Assembly (NCBI GenBank): GCA_016201795.1
Contig: JACQCF010000027.1
Coordinates: forward strand, 113,161-177,160
Direction: 5' to 3'
DNA from: Candidatus Omnitrophota bacterium
GTDB lineage: Bacteria > Omnitrophota > Gorgyraeia > Zapsychrales > Fredricksoniimonadaceae
Length of the DNA stretch: 64,000 nucleotides
Part shown: piece after piece, positions 18,744 through 30,261 of the stretch
Numbering within the stretch: position 1 is the stretch's first letter
How the letters are laid out: every line of letters starts with the position of its first letter
The notes under the pieces: model-generated
The model's input: the letters and a program-made list of their open reading frames with translations, nothing else
Told to the model about the DNA's origin: nothing
Databases searched by the model: none
Program-made: the position numbers and the translations under genes

Positions 18744-20467
18744 ATACGTCTAATATCAATTATTGCTGGGGAAGTTTAATCGTCCAAGAGCTGGTGCGCT
18801 GCGGGGTGGATTACTTTTATATAGCCTCGGGCTCGCGTTCATCGCCTCTGACGGTTTCTGCCGGGCAAAATAAAAGGGTCAAAACTTTGGTGCATTTTGA
18901 TGAACGGGCTCTGGCTTTCCATGCTTTGGGTTATGCCTCTGTTTCTAAAAAACCGGTAGTACTTATTTGTACTTCGGCAACAGCTGCGGCCAATTTTTTT
19001 CCCGCCATTATTGAGGCATCCAAGAAAAAACTGCCTTTGATTGTACTGACGGCAGACAGGCCGCCGGAATTGCGTCAAACCGGGGCCGTACAGACCATTG
19101 ACCAGGCGGGACTCTTTGGTAAATATGCGAAACACTTCGTTGATCTTCCGTGCCCAGATTTAAACATCAAGCCAGAATTTGTTCTAACCACCATCGATCA
19201 AGCCTGGTATCAGGCCGTTCGTCATCCTGGTGGGGTGGTGCATATCAATTGTATGTTCCGTGAACCGTTAGCCCCTATCAAAACTAAAGATGATTTAGCT
19301 TCTTACACGAAAAGCCTTTCGCGTTGGCTCAAATCTAATAAACCTTACACGCAATATATGAATAGTGAAGTATCCGGCTTAAAAGATACCCGGGACATCA
19401 TCCGCAGGATTAATGGCGCTAAAAGTGGCGTGATGGTGGTTGGTAAGATGGCTCAAGGGGATCAAAAAGAAGTTTTACTTTTGGCCGAAAAGTTAGGCTG
19501 GCCGATTTTTGCTGACCTAACTTCAGGTCTTAGGCTAGGGTGTCAGCATCCTTTGGTGATTCATTATTTTGACCAAATTTTATTATCTCAACAGCCGACT
19601 TTTGACGGCGTTTTACATTTAGGAGGCAGGATCACTTCCAAGCGTTATTATGAGTTTATCGAAAAGATTAAACCTAGCGAGTATATCACGGTGCTGAATC
19701 ATCCTTTGCGCAATGACCCTACCCATCAAGTGAGTTTAAGGGTAGAGTCATCCGTAGGTAATTTTTGCAAAATAATGAGGCCGTTACTTAAAAAACGTAC
19801 CCCCACCACCGTTCTAAAGAAACTGTTCAAATTTAATGGTCAGATGGATAAAGCTATTGAAGATTTCCTTAAAGAAGATGCACCTATCAATGAAATTACT
19901 GCTGCTCGTCTGGTTTCCCAACTGATTCCCAGAGGTTCGGGATTATTCGTAGCTAATAGCATGCCCATTCGCGATATGGATTTTTACGCAGACTTCAAGG
20001 GGAGTAGTGTTATTGTCGCTGGTAACCGGGGAGCCAGCGGCATTGACGGCACCATCGCCTCTGCCGCAGGATTTGCCAGAAGCTTAGGTCAACCGGTAAC
20101 ACTTATGATCGGTGATTTAGCGGCTTTGCATGATGTAAATTCGCTGGCTATGCTGCGGGATTTATTGGTACCTTTGGTCATCGTCGTCTTAAATAATGGT
20201 GGAGGGGGGATCTTCTCCTTTTTGCCTATGGCCGAGCACAAAGACGTGTTCGAAAAATATTTCGGCACTCCGCACAGTTATACCTTCGCCAATGCCGCGG
20301 CCATGTTCGAGCTTAACTATGTCCAGCCCATGGACACCAAATATTTTACCAAAGTTTACACCCAGGCTTTAAAATCACCTACTTCAACGGTTATTGAAGT
20401 TGTCACCAGCCGGCAAGAGAATGTAAAGATTCACAAATTATTACAACAAAAATTATCTTCACACTAA
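18740..20467 (+). CDS. menD: 2-succinyl-5-enolpyruvyl-6-hydroxy-3-cyclohexene-1-carboxylate synthase (TPP-dependent)
   Basis: 575 aa; N-term NYCWGSLIVQELVRCGV.YFYIASGSRSSPL and TPP-binding GDLAALHDVNSL..VLNNGGGGIF typical of MenD. Confidence 0.85.
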   Translation: MNTSNINYCWGSLIVQELVRCGVDYFYIASGSRSSPLTVSAGQNKRVKTLVHFDERALAFHALGYASVSKKPVVLICTSATAAANFFPAIIEASKKKLPLIVLTADRPPELRQTGAVQTIDQAGLFGKYAKHFVDLPCPDLNIKPEFVLTTIDQAWYQAVRHPGGVVHINCMFREPLAPIKTKDDLASYTKSLSRWLKSNKPYTQYMNSEVSGLKDTRDIIRRINGAKSGVMVVGKMAQGDQKEVLLLAEKLGWPIFADLTSGLRLGCQHPLVIHYFDQILLSQQPTFDGVLHLGGRITSKRYYEFIEKIKPSEYITVLNHPLRNDPTHQVSLRVESSVGNFCKIMRPLLKKRTPTTVLKKLFKFNGQMDKAIEDFLKEDAPINEITAARLVSQLIPRGSGLFVANSMPIRDMDFYADFKGSSVIVAGNRGASGIDGTIASAAGFARSLGQPVTLMIGDLAALHDVNSLAMLRDLLVPLVIVVLNNGGGGIFSFLPMAEHKDVFEKYFGTPHSYTFANAAAMFELNYVQPMDTKYFTKVYTQALKSPTSTVIEVVTSRQENVKIHKLLQQKLSSH

Positions 20468-20473
20468 TTCCAA

Positions 20474-21796
20474 ATGGCTTCTCAACAACCTATCAATTTC
20501 TTGGAGCTCGATTTTAACGATGAATTCGTTTCTGCCTTTGATGCTCTGGAAAACTCCCCTCGGCATTTGTTTGTCACTGGCAAGGCGGGGACGGGAAAAT
20601 CGACCCTTCTGCAGTATTTCCGTCATAAAACCACCAAAAACATTGCCGTATTAGCGCCCACCGGAGTGGCGGCCGTTAACATCAAAGGCCAGACTATTCA
20701 TTCGTTTTTCCAATTTAAACCCGATATTACGCCGGAAGCGGTTAACGATATCATGGTGCGCAAACGCAAACAAAAAATGTACGCCACCTTAGATGCTATT
20801 GTGATTGATGAGGTTTCCATGGTTCGCGCGGATTTGCTCGATTGTATTGATAGTTTCTTACGTCGCTTCGGTCCGGATTATTCCAAGCCTTTTGGTGGAA
20901 TTCAAATGATTTTATTTGGGGATTTGTTTCAATTACCGCCGGTGGTCTCCAAGAACGAAGAAGAGATTTTTCGCAGCGTCTATACCAGCCCCTATTTTTT
21001 TTCCGCTAAAGTTTTCAAACACATTGACCTTAAAATTTTGGAATTAAAAAAGATTTACCGCCAGAGAGACGAAAATTTTATCCATTTACTCAATGCGGTA
21101 CGTCATAATCAATTACAGGACCATCATGTACATGCTTTCAACAGCCGCCATCATAGTAAGGTAAATTTTAAAAGGGATGATTTTTATATCACTTTGACGA
21201 CTACCAACGCGATAGCCGAGGCGGTCAATACCAGTCGGCTTAAAGAATTACCGGGTCAGGAATATGTGTATCAGGGAATCGTTTCCGGTGAGTTTGAGCG
21301 TAAAAGTCTAGCGACTCAGGAAGTGCTTTGTTTTAAGAAGGACGCTCAGGTGATGATGCTCAACAATGACGTTGACAAACGCTGGGTGAACGGCTCTTTG
21401 GGGGTGATCAGCGATGTGCATCAGAATCAGGGCGATGATATTATTCTGGTGAAACTGGAAAACGGCCAGACGGTGGATGTGAAAAAATATACCTGGGAAA
21501 TTTATCAGTATTATTTCGATACCGTCTCTAAGAACCTTGCCTCCAAGGTCATTGGTTGTTTTACGCAATATCCTTTCAAACTGGCCTGGGCGGTCACCAT
21601 TCACAAATCGCAGGGGCAGACCTTTGAACGCGTGATGATTGATATGGGCTATGGTGCCTTTGCCCACGGGCAAATGTATGTGGCTTTAAGCCGCTGTACG
21701 TCTTTGGAAGGAATCATTCTTAAAAAACTTATCGCCAAAAATCATGTTCTTATGGATAATCGTATCCATGAGTTTATGGATAGATGCTTAATATGA
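20474..21796 (+). CDS. Pif1-family (RecD-like SF1B) DNA helicase
   Basis: 440 aa; Walker A GKAGTGKST, LAPTGVAA, DEVSMV (motif II), and C-terminal HKSQGQTF..ALSRCTSLEGI characteristic of bacterial Pif1 helicases. Confidence 0.7.
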   Translation: MASQQPINFLELDFNDEFVSAFDALENSPRHLFVTGKAGTGKSTLLQYFRHKTTKNIAVLAPTGVAAVNIKGQTIHSFFQFKPDITPEAVNDIMVRKRKQKMYATLDAIVIDEVSMVRADLLDCIDSFLRRFGPDYSKPFGGIQMILFGDLFQLPPVVSKNEEEIFRSVYTSPYFFSAKVFKHIDLKILELKKIYRQRDENFIHLLNAVRHNQLQDHHVHAFNSRHHSKVNFKRDDFYITLTTTNAIAEAVNTSRLKELPGQEYVYQGIVSGEFERKSLATQEVLCFKKDAQVMMLNNDVDKRWVNGSLGVISDVHQNQGDDIILVKLENGQTVDVKKYTWEIYQYYFDTVSKNLASKVIGCFTQYPFKLAWAVTIHKSQGQTFERVMIDMGYGAFAHGQMYVALSRCTSLEGIILKKLIAKNHVLMDNRIHEFMDRCLI

Positions 21797-23694
21797 AAAA
21801 GATTTTTTTAGCATTTTTAACTGTTTTGTTCTGCGCGCCTGCGTGGGCACAGAATAAACCGCTGACCTGGGAAGAAAAAAATGCGGATCAGCCTTATATC
21901 GTGCTATTAAGCGAGTATCAAACAATCCTTCATCCTGATTGGTCCTATGAGGAAACCTATCATGCCCGTGTGAAAATTCAAAAAGAAGCCGGCAAAGAGT
22001 TAGGCCAGTGGCCGGTTTATTACAATAAATCTCGCGAAGAAGTCAGTGACATACAGGCGCATGTGGAAACTCCCGACGGTCATCAGTATCCGGCCACCAA
22101 CATTCAAGACTTGCAGGTTTACAATGATGCACCGATGTATTCGGACATGAGAATGAAAGTGGTCACCATGCCGCAGGTCAATATCGGTTCAGTCATTGAG
22201 GTGAAGGTCAAGAGTAAAATTGTTCACAAAGAAATTGTCCATCAATTCTGGGATGATATCACGTATCCATTCATTCCCACCAAACACGCCAGCCACGTGT
22301 ATATCTTTCCGGAGGATAAACCCATTCCATTTCAAGCGTATAAGAGCGATTACAAACCAACGCTAGAAAAAACACAAGGACAAATAAAATACACTTTTGT
22401 TTTCAATGAAACCGGCCCGATCGGTGATGATGAAGAATTGATGCCGCCACTACAGGAAGCGCTGGGCGGTCTTTATCTATCCTCCATCAAGGACTGGAAA
22501 ATGATCGCCGATTGGTACCGTGATTTGATTCATAAAAATACGGTGAGTGATGTAGATATCGCCCTCAAGGCGCTTGAGCTGACTAAAGATAAAACCACTC
22601 AAAAAGATAAAGCGCGCGCGATTTTGGAATTCCTTCAGGATAATTTTCGTTACGTGGCTTTAAATTTCGGCAACAATACCGTTGAGCCGCATCCGACCAA
22701 TGAAGTGTTTAAAAATCGTTATGGCGACTGCAAAGACCTTTCCTTGCTGGCCAAACAAATGCTCAAGGTGGCTGATATTGATGCGAATATCTGTCTTTTC
22801 AGCGGTGAATTTAACGGTAACCCTCAAAGCGGTCTGCCTAATCCATCAGTGTTTGATCATATCATTTTGCAGATAAACCTGGACGGGCAGAATTATTTCG
22901 TCGATCCACAAATCAAAGGCTTTGATTTCGGCCAATTTCCATCCAGCTATGACAATGCTTATGTGATGAGCATTGATGAGACAGGGTATAAATTTGATAA
23001 TTTACCCGTGGCTTTTGAAGAAGATCATTCCTTGACGAGCCGGGCAGATATTACTGTTAACGGCGATGGTTCCGCGGTGTTTGGGGTGCATGTCAAATTG
23101 CCTTTGGAAGCCAGCCAAAATTTTAAACAATCTTGGAGCTCTTCTACCAATAAAGATAAAGATAAATTCTTTGAGAATTTGGAACAGAATTTTGCCCAGG
23201 GCGGCAAAATGCTGGATCGCAAGGTACAGGGAATTGAGAATCGTTATGGACCGGTTGAATTTGATCTCAAATATGAATCACCCACGGCTTATCCTATTGT
23301 CAATGACATGATATTAATTAAAGAGGAAAATCAGTCCAATATCCCTGATTTTTCTCAAGAGCACCGCAGGTATCCAATTTTTGTTCCCGGTAATTCCGTA
23401 GTTAAAAATATTAATATTTACCATATTCCTGATGGTTTTAAGGTGAATTTTATGCCGTCGAATTATGCCTTGACCATTGATTTGATGGATGTGTCAGCCA
23501 ATTATTTGAAAAAAGATAATACCGTTGGGGTGGATAGTACCTATCGTACTAAAAGATCTATCGTAGCGGTGAATCGTTACCAGCAGGTGAGAGATTTTCG
23601 CAAAGAACTGTTTAAAAAGAATGATCAATATGTGGTTTTGAAAAAAACCTCCAGCCTGCCCCCTGAAGCCAAGGATTGGATTAAAAACCAATGA
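21793..23694 (+). CDS. Secreted DUF3857 / transglutaminase-like domain protein
   Basis: Signal peptide MKKIFLAFLTVLFCAPAWAQ; transglutaminase-like Cys motif YGDCKDLSLLAKQML; ATGA overlap with the helicase stop. Confidence 0.55.
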   Translation: MKKIFLAFLTVLFCAPAWAQNKPLTWEEKNADQPYIVLLSEYQTILHPDWSYEETYHARVKIQKEAGKELGQWPVYYNKSREEVSDIQAHVETPDGHQYPATNIQDLQVYNDAPMYSDMRMKVVTMPQVNIGSVIEVKVKSKIVHKEIVHQFWDDITYPFIPTKHASHVYIFPEDKPIPFQAYKSDYKPTLEKTQGQIKYTFVFNETGPIGDDEELMPPLQEALGGLYLSSIKDWKMIADWYRDLIHKNTVSDVDIALKALELTKDKTTQKDKARAILEFLQDNFRYVALNFGNNTVEPHPTNEVFKNRYGDCKDLSLLAKQMLKVADIDANICLFSGEFNGNPQSGLPNPSVFDHIILQINLDGQNYFVDPQIKGFDFGQFPSSYDNAYVMSIDETGYKFDNLPVAFEEDHSLTSRADITVNGDGSAVFGVHVKLPLEASQNFKQSWSSSTNKDKDKFFENLEQNFAQGGKMLDRKVQGIENRYGPVEFDLKYESPTAYPIVNDMILIKEENQSNIPDFSQEHRRYPIFVPGNSVVKNINIYHIPDGFKVNFMPSNYALTIDLMDVSANYLKKDNTVGVDSTYRTKRSIVAVNRYQQVRDFRKELFKKNDQYVVLKKTSSLPPEAKDWIKNQ

Positions 23695-25685
23695 GAAGCC
23701 TTTGGAAGGACAAAGAAGCCCGACGCTGCGGTCAAGATCATTTAAAGTTACGTGTTTATACCTCACGCCTGTTAGGCCGCGAGCCGTCGTTGGTTTTACA
23801 TAGAGGCGGCAACACATCGCTCAAAACTACGCTGAAAGATTTCTTCGGCCAATCTCAAGAGGTGCTTTACATTAAAGGCAGCGGCTGGGATTTAGCCACC
23901 ATTCCAGCCGAGGGCTTTGCTGCCGTTAAATTGGATGCTTTAAAGCGTATGGCTGCTTTGCCCAAGCTCTCTGACAGCGACATGGTTTTAGGCCAAAGGG
24001 CCGCCATGCTCAATCCCAACGCCCCCAATCCATCCGTGGAAGCTATTTTGCATGCCATCATTCCTTATTCATTCGTCGACCATTCTCATGCTGATGCGGT
24101 GGTGGCCATGACCAATACGCCCAAAGGGCCTTGGTACATGAAAGAAATTTATGGCCCCCGGGTTTTGATAGTTCCTTATGTGATGCCGGGTTTTGTGCTG
24201 GCCCGCCAAGTCTATGAAATGACCCGCGGCCTTAACTGGGGCAAATGTGATGGAATAGTTTTACTCAATCATGGATTATTTACTTTTGGCGACGATGCCA
24301 AGGCCAGTTATGAAAATCATATTCGTTTAGTCACAAGGGTTGAAAATTTTATCCGCCGGGCAAAGATTAAAATTGCTAAGGGCCGGCTTCTTTCAGAAAA
24401 CCTTTTAGATTTAGCGCGTCTGCGCCAGGCCGTATCTAAAGTAGGAGGCGCTGCGGTAGTGGCTTGTTTGAAAAATGACAGCGCATCGTTAGGATTTGCC
24501 AATATTGCTCATGTCAACTTCATTGCCACCCGAGGCCCATTGACACCCGATCACGTTCTTCGCACGAAACCAGTGCCGGTGGTGATCCGTCAAGAGCCGG
24601 CCCATGATGTTTTAACTTATGCCAAGAATTACAAATCTTATTTTGACCGTCATAACGATGGGAATCTTAAATGTATGGATTTAGCACCTCGCTGGGCGGT
24701 GTGGCCTTTGCAGGGACTGGTGACTTTTGGCCGCTCTTACAAAGACGCACAGATCGTTTCTGATATCGTGGATCACACGATTGTCGCCATTCAATGGGCT
24801 GAAAAGTTGGGCGGTTGGAAGGTTTTGTCCGAGAAAGATATTTTTGAGGTTGAATACTGGGAGCTGGAGCAAGCCAAGTTGTCTAAAAACCCCAAGCCGC
24901 TAGCGCTGCAAGGAAAAATTGCTTTGGTGACAGGAGCCGCCAGCGGTATAGGCAAAGCGTGTGTGGAATGCTTGGCGGCCCAGGGTGCTCATGTAGCAGG
25001 GCTGGATATTAAGCATTTATCATTCCCGAATGTCCGCCCTTCGGGCGAGACCTCGCCAAAGCGGGTTTCTAACATATTAGGTATCGTTGCTGATGTTACC
25101 AAAGATTCCGATTTACAAAAGGCGGTCGAAACGACTGTACGTCATTTCGGCGGTTTGGATATTGTGGTGAGCAATGCCGGTATTTTTCCACCCAGTGAAA
25201 CCCTTTCAGATATGAACCCTAATACATGGGATCGCAGCGTCAAGATTAATCTAACTAGCCATCAGCGTTTAATGAAAGCCGCCATTCCTTATTTGGCCCA
25301 CGGCATTGACCCCACTTTTATTATGATAGGCTCCAAAAATGTGCCGGCTCCTGGAGTTGGAGCGGGAGCGTATTCTGTCGCCAAAGCAGGCCTGACCCAG
25401 TTGGCCAGGGTAGCGGCGTTGGAATTAGCAAGTAAGGGCATTAGAGTCAATGTACTTCATCCTAATCAAGTGTTTGATACGGCCATTTGGACCAAAGAAG
25501 TGTTGGAAAAACGCGCCCAGCATTACGGCCTTTCGGTGGATGAGTACAGGAAAAGCAACTTGCTCAAAACAGAAATCACTTCCAAGAATGTGGCGGATTT
25601 AGTAGGCGCTTTAGCCGGCCCTGTTTTTGCCAAAACCACCGGCGCCCAAATTCCCATCGATGGGGGAAACGAACGCGTTATCTAG
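23691..25685 (+). CDS. Bifunctional class II aldolase / short-chain dehydrogenase (RhaD-like)
   Basis: 664 aa; N-terminal aldolase/adducin-type domain (LVLHRGGNTSLK) fused to SDR domain (ALVTGAASGIGKA, YSVAKAG). Confidence 0.75.
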   Translation: MRSLWKDKEARRCGQDHLKLRVYTSRLLGREPSLVLHRGGNTSLKTTLKDFFGQSQEVLYIKGSGWDLATIPAEGFAAVKLDALKRMAALPKLSDSDMVLGQRAAMLNPNAPNPSVEAILHAIIPYSFVDHSHADAVVAMTNTPKGPWYMKEIYGPRVLIVPYVMPGFVLARQVYEMTRGLNWGKCDGIVLLNHGLFTFGDDAKASYENHIRLVTRVENFIRRAKIKIAKGRLLSENLLDLARLRQAVSKVGGAAVVACLKNDSASLGFANIAHVNFIATRGPLTPDHVLRTKPVPVVIRQEPAHDVLTYAKNYKSYFDRHNDGNLKCMDLAPRWAVWPLQGLVTFGRSYKDAQIVSDIVDHTIVAIQWAEKLGGWKVLSEKDIFEVEYWELEQAKLSKNPKPLALQGKIALVTGAASGIGKACVECLAAQGAHVAGLDIKHLSFPNVRPSGETSPKRVSNILGIVADVTKDSDLQKAVETTVRHFGGLDIVVSNAGIFPPSETLSDMNPNTWDRSVKINLTSHQRLMKAAIPYLAHGIDPTFIMIGSKNVPAPGVGAGAYSVAKAGLTQLARVAALELASKGIRVNVLHPNQVFDTAIWTKEVLEKRAQHYGLSVDEYRKSNLLKTEITSKNVADLVGALAGPVFAKTTGAQIPIDGGNERVI

Positions 25686-25694
25686 GAGAATTGC

Positions 25695-28400
25695 ATGCCT
25701 TCATTTGATCAAAATTCCGTCCGAAAAATTTTAAACGTCGGTTCCGCCAAGTACACCATTTATTCCTTACCCCAATATACCAAAACCGCAGGCGTGGATT
25801 TATCCAAGCTACCGTTTTCCATTCGTGTGTTGTTAGAAAGCGCGCTTCGTAGCTACGATAATTATCAAGTCACCCTGAAGGACATTGAAAAAATTGCCGG
25901 ATGGAAACCCAATGAACACAAGGAAGAAATTGCTTTTAAACCAGGCCGGGTCATTTTGCAGGATTTTACCGGCGTACCGTGCGTGGTGGATCTGGCGGCC
26001 ATGCGCGATGCCATGAAACGTTTAGGGGGCGATCTTAAAAAAATTAATCCTCAGGTGCAGTGCGATTTGGTTATTGATCACTCCGTGCAGGTGGATGCTT
26101 TTGGCACCGACAAGGCCCTGGCTCAAAACGTCCGATTGGAATTTGAACGCAACCGAGAGCGTTATGAATTCCTCAAATGGGGCCAAAGCGCTTTGCAGAA
26201 TTTTCGTGTGGTGCCGCCGGCTACCGGCATCGTCCATCAGGTCAATCTCGAATATTTGGCCAAAGGCGTTTTAAAAAAGAAAATTGGTCAAGAAATAGTC
26301 GCCTATCCGGATAGTGTGGTGGGAACAGACTCGCACACGACCATGATTAACGGTCTTGGTATTGTTGGCTGGGGGGTAGGCGGCATCGAAGCTGAGTCTG
26401 TCATGCTGGGGGAACCCATTTACATGCTTTTACCGGAGGTTGTCGGTTTTCGTCTGAAAGGTCGTTTACAGGAAGGCGTCACGGCCACGGATCTGGTTTT
26501 GACCGTCACTCAAATTTTACGCCAAAAAGGAGTGGTGGAAAAATTTGTGGAATTCTTCGGGGAAGGATTGAAACATTTGTCCCTGCCGGATCGCGCCACC
26601 ATTGCCAACATGGCTCCGGAATATGGAGCTACCATTGGTTTATTTCCGGTGGATGAAGAGGCTCTGCATTATTTAAAACTTTCCGGACGTACGTCTGCTG
26701 AGGTGGCTTTGGTAGAGAAGTATTATCAAGACCAGGGGATGTTTTATACCACCCAAACGCCGCCGTGCGTTTATTCGGATGTGGTGGAACTGGATTTATC
26801 GACGGTGGAGTCGTCTCTGGCCGGGCCTAAACGGCCGCAGGATCGGGTGGCACTCAAAGATTTGAAGACCACTTTTTATCAGACTTTAACTATGGATATC
26901 AAATCCCGCGGTTATGGTTTGAGCCAGGCAGATTTAGGCCGCACCGCCGTTGTACATAACGGCACCAGAGAAAGTATTGGCCATGGGGTGGTAGTGATTG
27001 CGGCCATTACCAGTTGTACCAACACTTCAAACCCGTCGGTGCTCATGGGGGCCGGTCTTGTAGCGAAAAAAGCGGTAGAGAAGGGCTTGAGTCCGCCTAG
27101 TTTTGTTAAAACATCCTTTGCTCCTGGCTCACAGGTGGTGGAGGAGTATCTCAAATCCGCCGGGCTTATGAAATATTTACAAAAGTTAGGGTTTAATATC
27201 GTCGGATACGGCTGTACCACGTGTATTGGTAATTCCGGTCCTTTACCCGAACACGTGGCCAAAGCGGTGACCGAGGGGAATTTGGTAGCGACGGCGGTGT
27301 TATCGGGAAACCGTAATTTTGAAGGCCGTATCAATCCTCTGACTAAAGCCAGCTTTTTAGCTTCTCCGCCGTTGGTGGTGGCTTATGCTCTGGCAGGACG
27401 AGTGGACATCAATTTGATTAAGGAACCCCTTGGCCATGATCAAAAGGGCCATCCGGTGTATTTGAAAGACATTTGGCCCACCCAGGAAGAAATTAACAAA
27501 CTATCAGGTAAATTTGTCAAGGCTTCCATTTTCCGTCAACGTTATAAAAATGTGAACAAGGGCAATAAAAACTGGAATGCCATCAAAGAAACCGGGTCGG
27601 ATTTATTTGATTGGGATCGGCAAAGCACATATGTCCAAGAGCCGCCTTATTTTTTAGATATGAAATTAAAGGTGGATCCGATTCAATCCATTGGCAGGGC
27701 GCGTTGTTTGGTAATGGTGGGTGATTCGATTACTACCGATCATATTTCTCCGGCAGGCGCCATTGCCAAGGACAGCCCGGCTGGAAAATACCTCATGGAG
27801 CAGGGTATTGCACCTAAAGATTTCAATAGTTATGGCGCTCGACGGGGTAATGACCGTGTGATGACCCGAGGGACTTTTGCCAATATCCGTTTGCGTAATC
27901 TCATTGCCCCCGGCACGGAAGGTCCGTGGACCACCTATTGGCCAACGAAGGAAAAAATGTTTATTTATGACGCTTCTTTAAAATATAAAGCGGATCATAC
28001 GCCGCTGATTGTTTTAGCAGGTAAAGAATATGGTGCCGGTTCCAGCCGCGATTGGGCCGCCAAAGGCGCAACGCTTCTAGGAGTTAAAGCGGTCATTGCG
28101 GAGAGTTTTGAACGTATCCATCGCAGCAATTTGGTCGGGATGGGCGTCTTGCCGTGCCAGTTTAAACCAGGGGAGAATGCCGCCGCGCTTGGTTTAAAAG
28201 GCGATGAGGTTTTTGATTTCGTGGATTTGAATGATGGTTTAAAGCCGCGGCAAGAATTGACGGTGACAGCCGCATCCGCCGATGGCAGCAAAAAACAATT
28301 TAAAGTTTTAGCCCGGGTGGATACACCGGTGGATATTGATTATCTTCGTAACGGTGGTATTTTGCAGATGGTGTTGCGGAAGTTCACCAAAGCATTATGA
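25695..28400 (+). CDS. acnA: Aconitate hydratase A
   Basis: 901 aa; Fe-S ligand regions ([17 protein letters not shown]) and swivel domain; AcnA/IRP length. Confidence 0.9.
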   Translation: MPSFDQNSVRKILNVGSAKYTIYSLPQYTKTAGVDLSKLPFSIRVLLESALRSYDNYQVTLKDIEKIAGWKPNEHKEEIAFKPGRVILQDFTGVPCVVDLAAMRDAMKRLGGDLKKINPQVQCDLVIDHSVQVDAFGTDKALAQNVRLEFERNRERYEFLKWGQSALQNFRVVPPATGIVHQVNLEYLAKGVLKKKIGQEIVAYPDSVVGTDSHTTMINGLGIVGWGVGGIEAESVMLGEPIYMLLPEVVGFRLKGRLQEGVTATDLVLTVTQILRQKGVVEKFVEFFGEGLKHLSLPDRATIANMAPEYGATIGLFPVDEEALHYLKLSGRTSAEVALVEKYYQDQGMFYTTQTPPCVYSDVVELDLSTVESSLAGPKRPQDRVALKDLKTTFYQTLTMDIKSRGYGLSQADLGRTAVVHNGTRESIGHGVVVIAAITSCTNTSNPSVLMGAGLVAKKAVEKGLSPPSFVKTSFAPGSQVVEEYLKSAGLMKYLQKLGFNIVGYGCTTCIGNSGPLPEHVAKAVTEGNLVATAVLSGNRNFEGRINPLTKASFLASPPLVVAYALAGRVDINLIKEPLGHDQKGHPVYLKDIWPTQEEINKLSGKFVKASIFRQRYKNVNKGNKNWNAIKETGSDLFDWDRQSTYVQEPPYFLDMKLKVDPIQSIGRARCLVMVGDSITTDHISPAGAIAKDSPAGKYLMEQGIAPKDFNSYGARRGNDRVMTRGTFANIRLRNLIAPGTEGPWTTYWPTKEKMFIYDASLKYKADHTPLIVLAGKEYGAGSSRDWAAKGATLLGVKAVIAESFERIHRSNLVGMGVLPCQFKPGENAAALGLKGDEVFDFVDLNDGLKPRQELTVTAASADGSKKQFKVLARVDTPVDIDYLRNGGILQMVLRKFTKAL

Positions 28401-28885
28401 AAAAGAAGCTGGATTTTAAACCTCATCAAAAAGTCCTTTTGCCTAACGGTAAAACTATTCGTATCAGTTTTATCAATCATCCTGGAGCAGTGATTGTAGC
28501 CCCGCTTTTGAATCAAAAGACGATTGTGATGATACGGCAATTCCGTCCCGCGTTGGGACGATACATTTATGAGCTTCCCGCCGGCACTATTGATGTTCCA
28601 GAGCAGCCGCTGACTTGCGCTAAACGGGAACTGCTGGAGGAAACCGGATTTTGCGCCAGGCGATTTCAAAAATTGGGCGAGATTTATCCGGTGCCCGGTT
28701 ATTCCACCGAGGTCATTCATATTTTTAAAGCTGAAGGTTTAACCCATAAAGATGCCACGCCCGAAGAATATGAGGTGATCGAGAATATGCACATAAGTAA
28801 AGCACGGGTTAGAAATTACTTTCGCCACGGTAAAATCATGGATGGTAAGACCATTTGTGCTTTGGCGCATATAGGGTGGTTATAA
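28397..28885 (+). CDS. NUDIX hydrolase (ADP-ribose pyrophosphatase-like)
   Basis: 162 aa; Nudix box [23 protein letters not shown]. Confidence 0.75.
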   Translation: MKKKLDFKPHQKVLLPNGKTIRISFINHPGAVIVAPLLNQKTIVMIRQFRPALGRYIYELPAGTIDVPEQPLTCAKRELLEETGFCARRFQKLGEIYPVPGYSTEVIHIFKAEGLTHKDATPEEYEVIENMHISKARVRNYFRHGKIMDGKTICALAHIGWL

Positions 28886-28904
28886 AGGTTTGCTTCAAAA
28901 AGCA

Positions 28905-28933
28905 TTGCGGGGCTAACGGTTAGATAATATAAT
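28905..28933 (+). promoter_or_regulatory. sigma70-like promoter for gltA (TTGCGG-17-TATAAT)
   Basis: -35 at 28905-28910, 17-nt spacer, consensus -10 at 28928-28933, 25 nt upstream of the gltA SD. Confidence 0.4.
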
Positions 28934-28958
28934 AAAGGCCATTTGAGAGGGAGTTCTT

Positions 28959-30251
28959 ATGCCAGAGACTGTTCAAATTCGTTTAGACGGTAAAGTGCTG
29001 GAATGCCCGGTGATTGTTTCCACCGAAAACGAAAAAGCCATTGATATTAGCAAATTGCGTTCGACAACGGGCTACATCACCCTGGATCCCGGTTTCGGCA
29101 ACACTGGTTCCTGCCAGAGCGCCATCACGTATCTCGATGGGGATAAAGGCATTTTGCGCTACCGGGGCATTCCCATCGAACAATTGGCCGAGCAGTCCAC
29201 TTTTGTGGAAACCTGTTATCTTCTTATTTACGGCAGGCTCCCCAACAGTAAAGAACTTGATGCTTTTTCAACCGCCTTTAATGAGCACTCCATGATTCAT
29301 GAGGATATGAAAAATTTTTTTAACATGTATCCCTCTTCGACGCATCCGATGGCGGGTCTCTCGGCCATGGTCTGTTCTATGTCCGCTTATTATCCGGAGC
29401 TGATTAAGGAAGACCCCACCGAAGAAGAAATTAACCGCATCGCGGTGCAATTGCTTTCCAAGGTCCGCACCATTTGCGCGTTTTCCTATAAAAAATCCAT
29501 CGGTGATCCCTTAGTAGACCCTCGTCATGACTTGCGTTATGTCCCCAATTTTTTAAACATGATGTTTTCTTCTCCGACCAAGCCGTACAAAATTATTAAT
29601 GAGGTGGTGCGTGCCCTGGAAGTACTATTGATTCTGCATGCCGACCACGAGCAGAACTGTTCCACCTCCACGGTGCGTTTGGTGGGAAGCTCGCATGCCA
29701 ACCTTTATGCTTCCATCTCAGCGGGGATTTGCGCTCTGTGGGGACCGCTGCACGGCGGGGCTAATCAAGCCGTCATTGAAATGCTCGAGATGATTCAAAA
29801 AGACGGTGGTAACGTGGCTAAATACATTGCCAAAGCCAAGGATAAAAATGACCCTTTTCGCCTCATGGGTTTCGGCCATCGGGTGTATAAAAATTTTGAT
29901 CCGCGGGCCAAAATTATCAAACAATGCGCGGATGATCTCTTAAAAAAATTGGGTATTCGTGATCCGCTGTTGGATTTAGCTAAACGCATGGAAGAGGTGG
30001 CGCTCAAAGATGAATATTTCATCAGCCGTAAACTCTATCCGAATGTCGATTTCTACAGCGGCATTATTTATCGGGCTATAGGCATTCCTTTAAATATGTT
30101 TCCGGTCATGTTTGCTATCGGGCGCATGCCGGGTTGGATTGCCCACTGGAAAGAAATGATTGAAGACCCGGCTACTAAAATCGGCCGGCCGTTTCAAATT
30201 TACACGGGTCCCACCAAACACGATTATGTACCTATAGAACAACGCTCATAG
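28959..30251 (+). CDS. gltA: Citrate synthase (type II)
   Basis: 430 aa; GFGHRVYK and catalytic His/Asp context (LHADHEQN, MGFGH) typical of citrate synthase. Confidence 0.9.
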   Translation: MPETVQIRLDGKVLECPVIVSTENEKAIDISKLRSTTGYITLDPGFGNTGSCQSAITYLDGDKGILRYRGIPIEQLAEQSTFVETCYLLIYGRLPNSKELDAFSTAFNEHSMIHEDMKNFFNMYPSSTHPMAGLSAMVCSMSAYYPELIKEDPTEEEINRIAVQLLSKVRTICAFSYKKSIGDPLVDPRHDLRYVPNFLNMMFSSPTKPYKIINEVVRALEVLLILHADHEQNCSTSTVRLVGSSHANLYASISAGICALWGPLHGGANQAVIEMLEMIQKDGGNVAKYIAKAKDKNDPFRLMGFGHRVYKNFDPRAKIIKQCADDLLKKLGIRDPLLDLAKRMEEVALKDEYFISRKLYPNVDFYSGIIYRAIGIPLNMFPVMFAIGRMPGWIAHWKEMIEDPATKIGRPFQIYTGPTKHDYVPIEQRS

Positions 30252-30261
30252 AAAGGTTATT

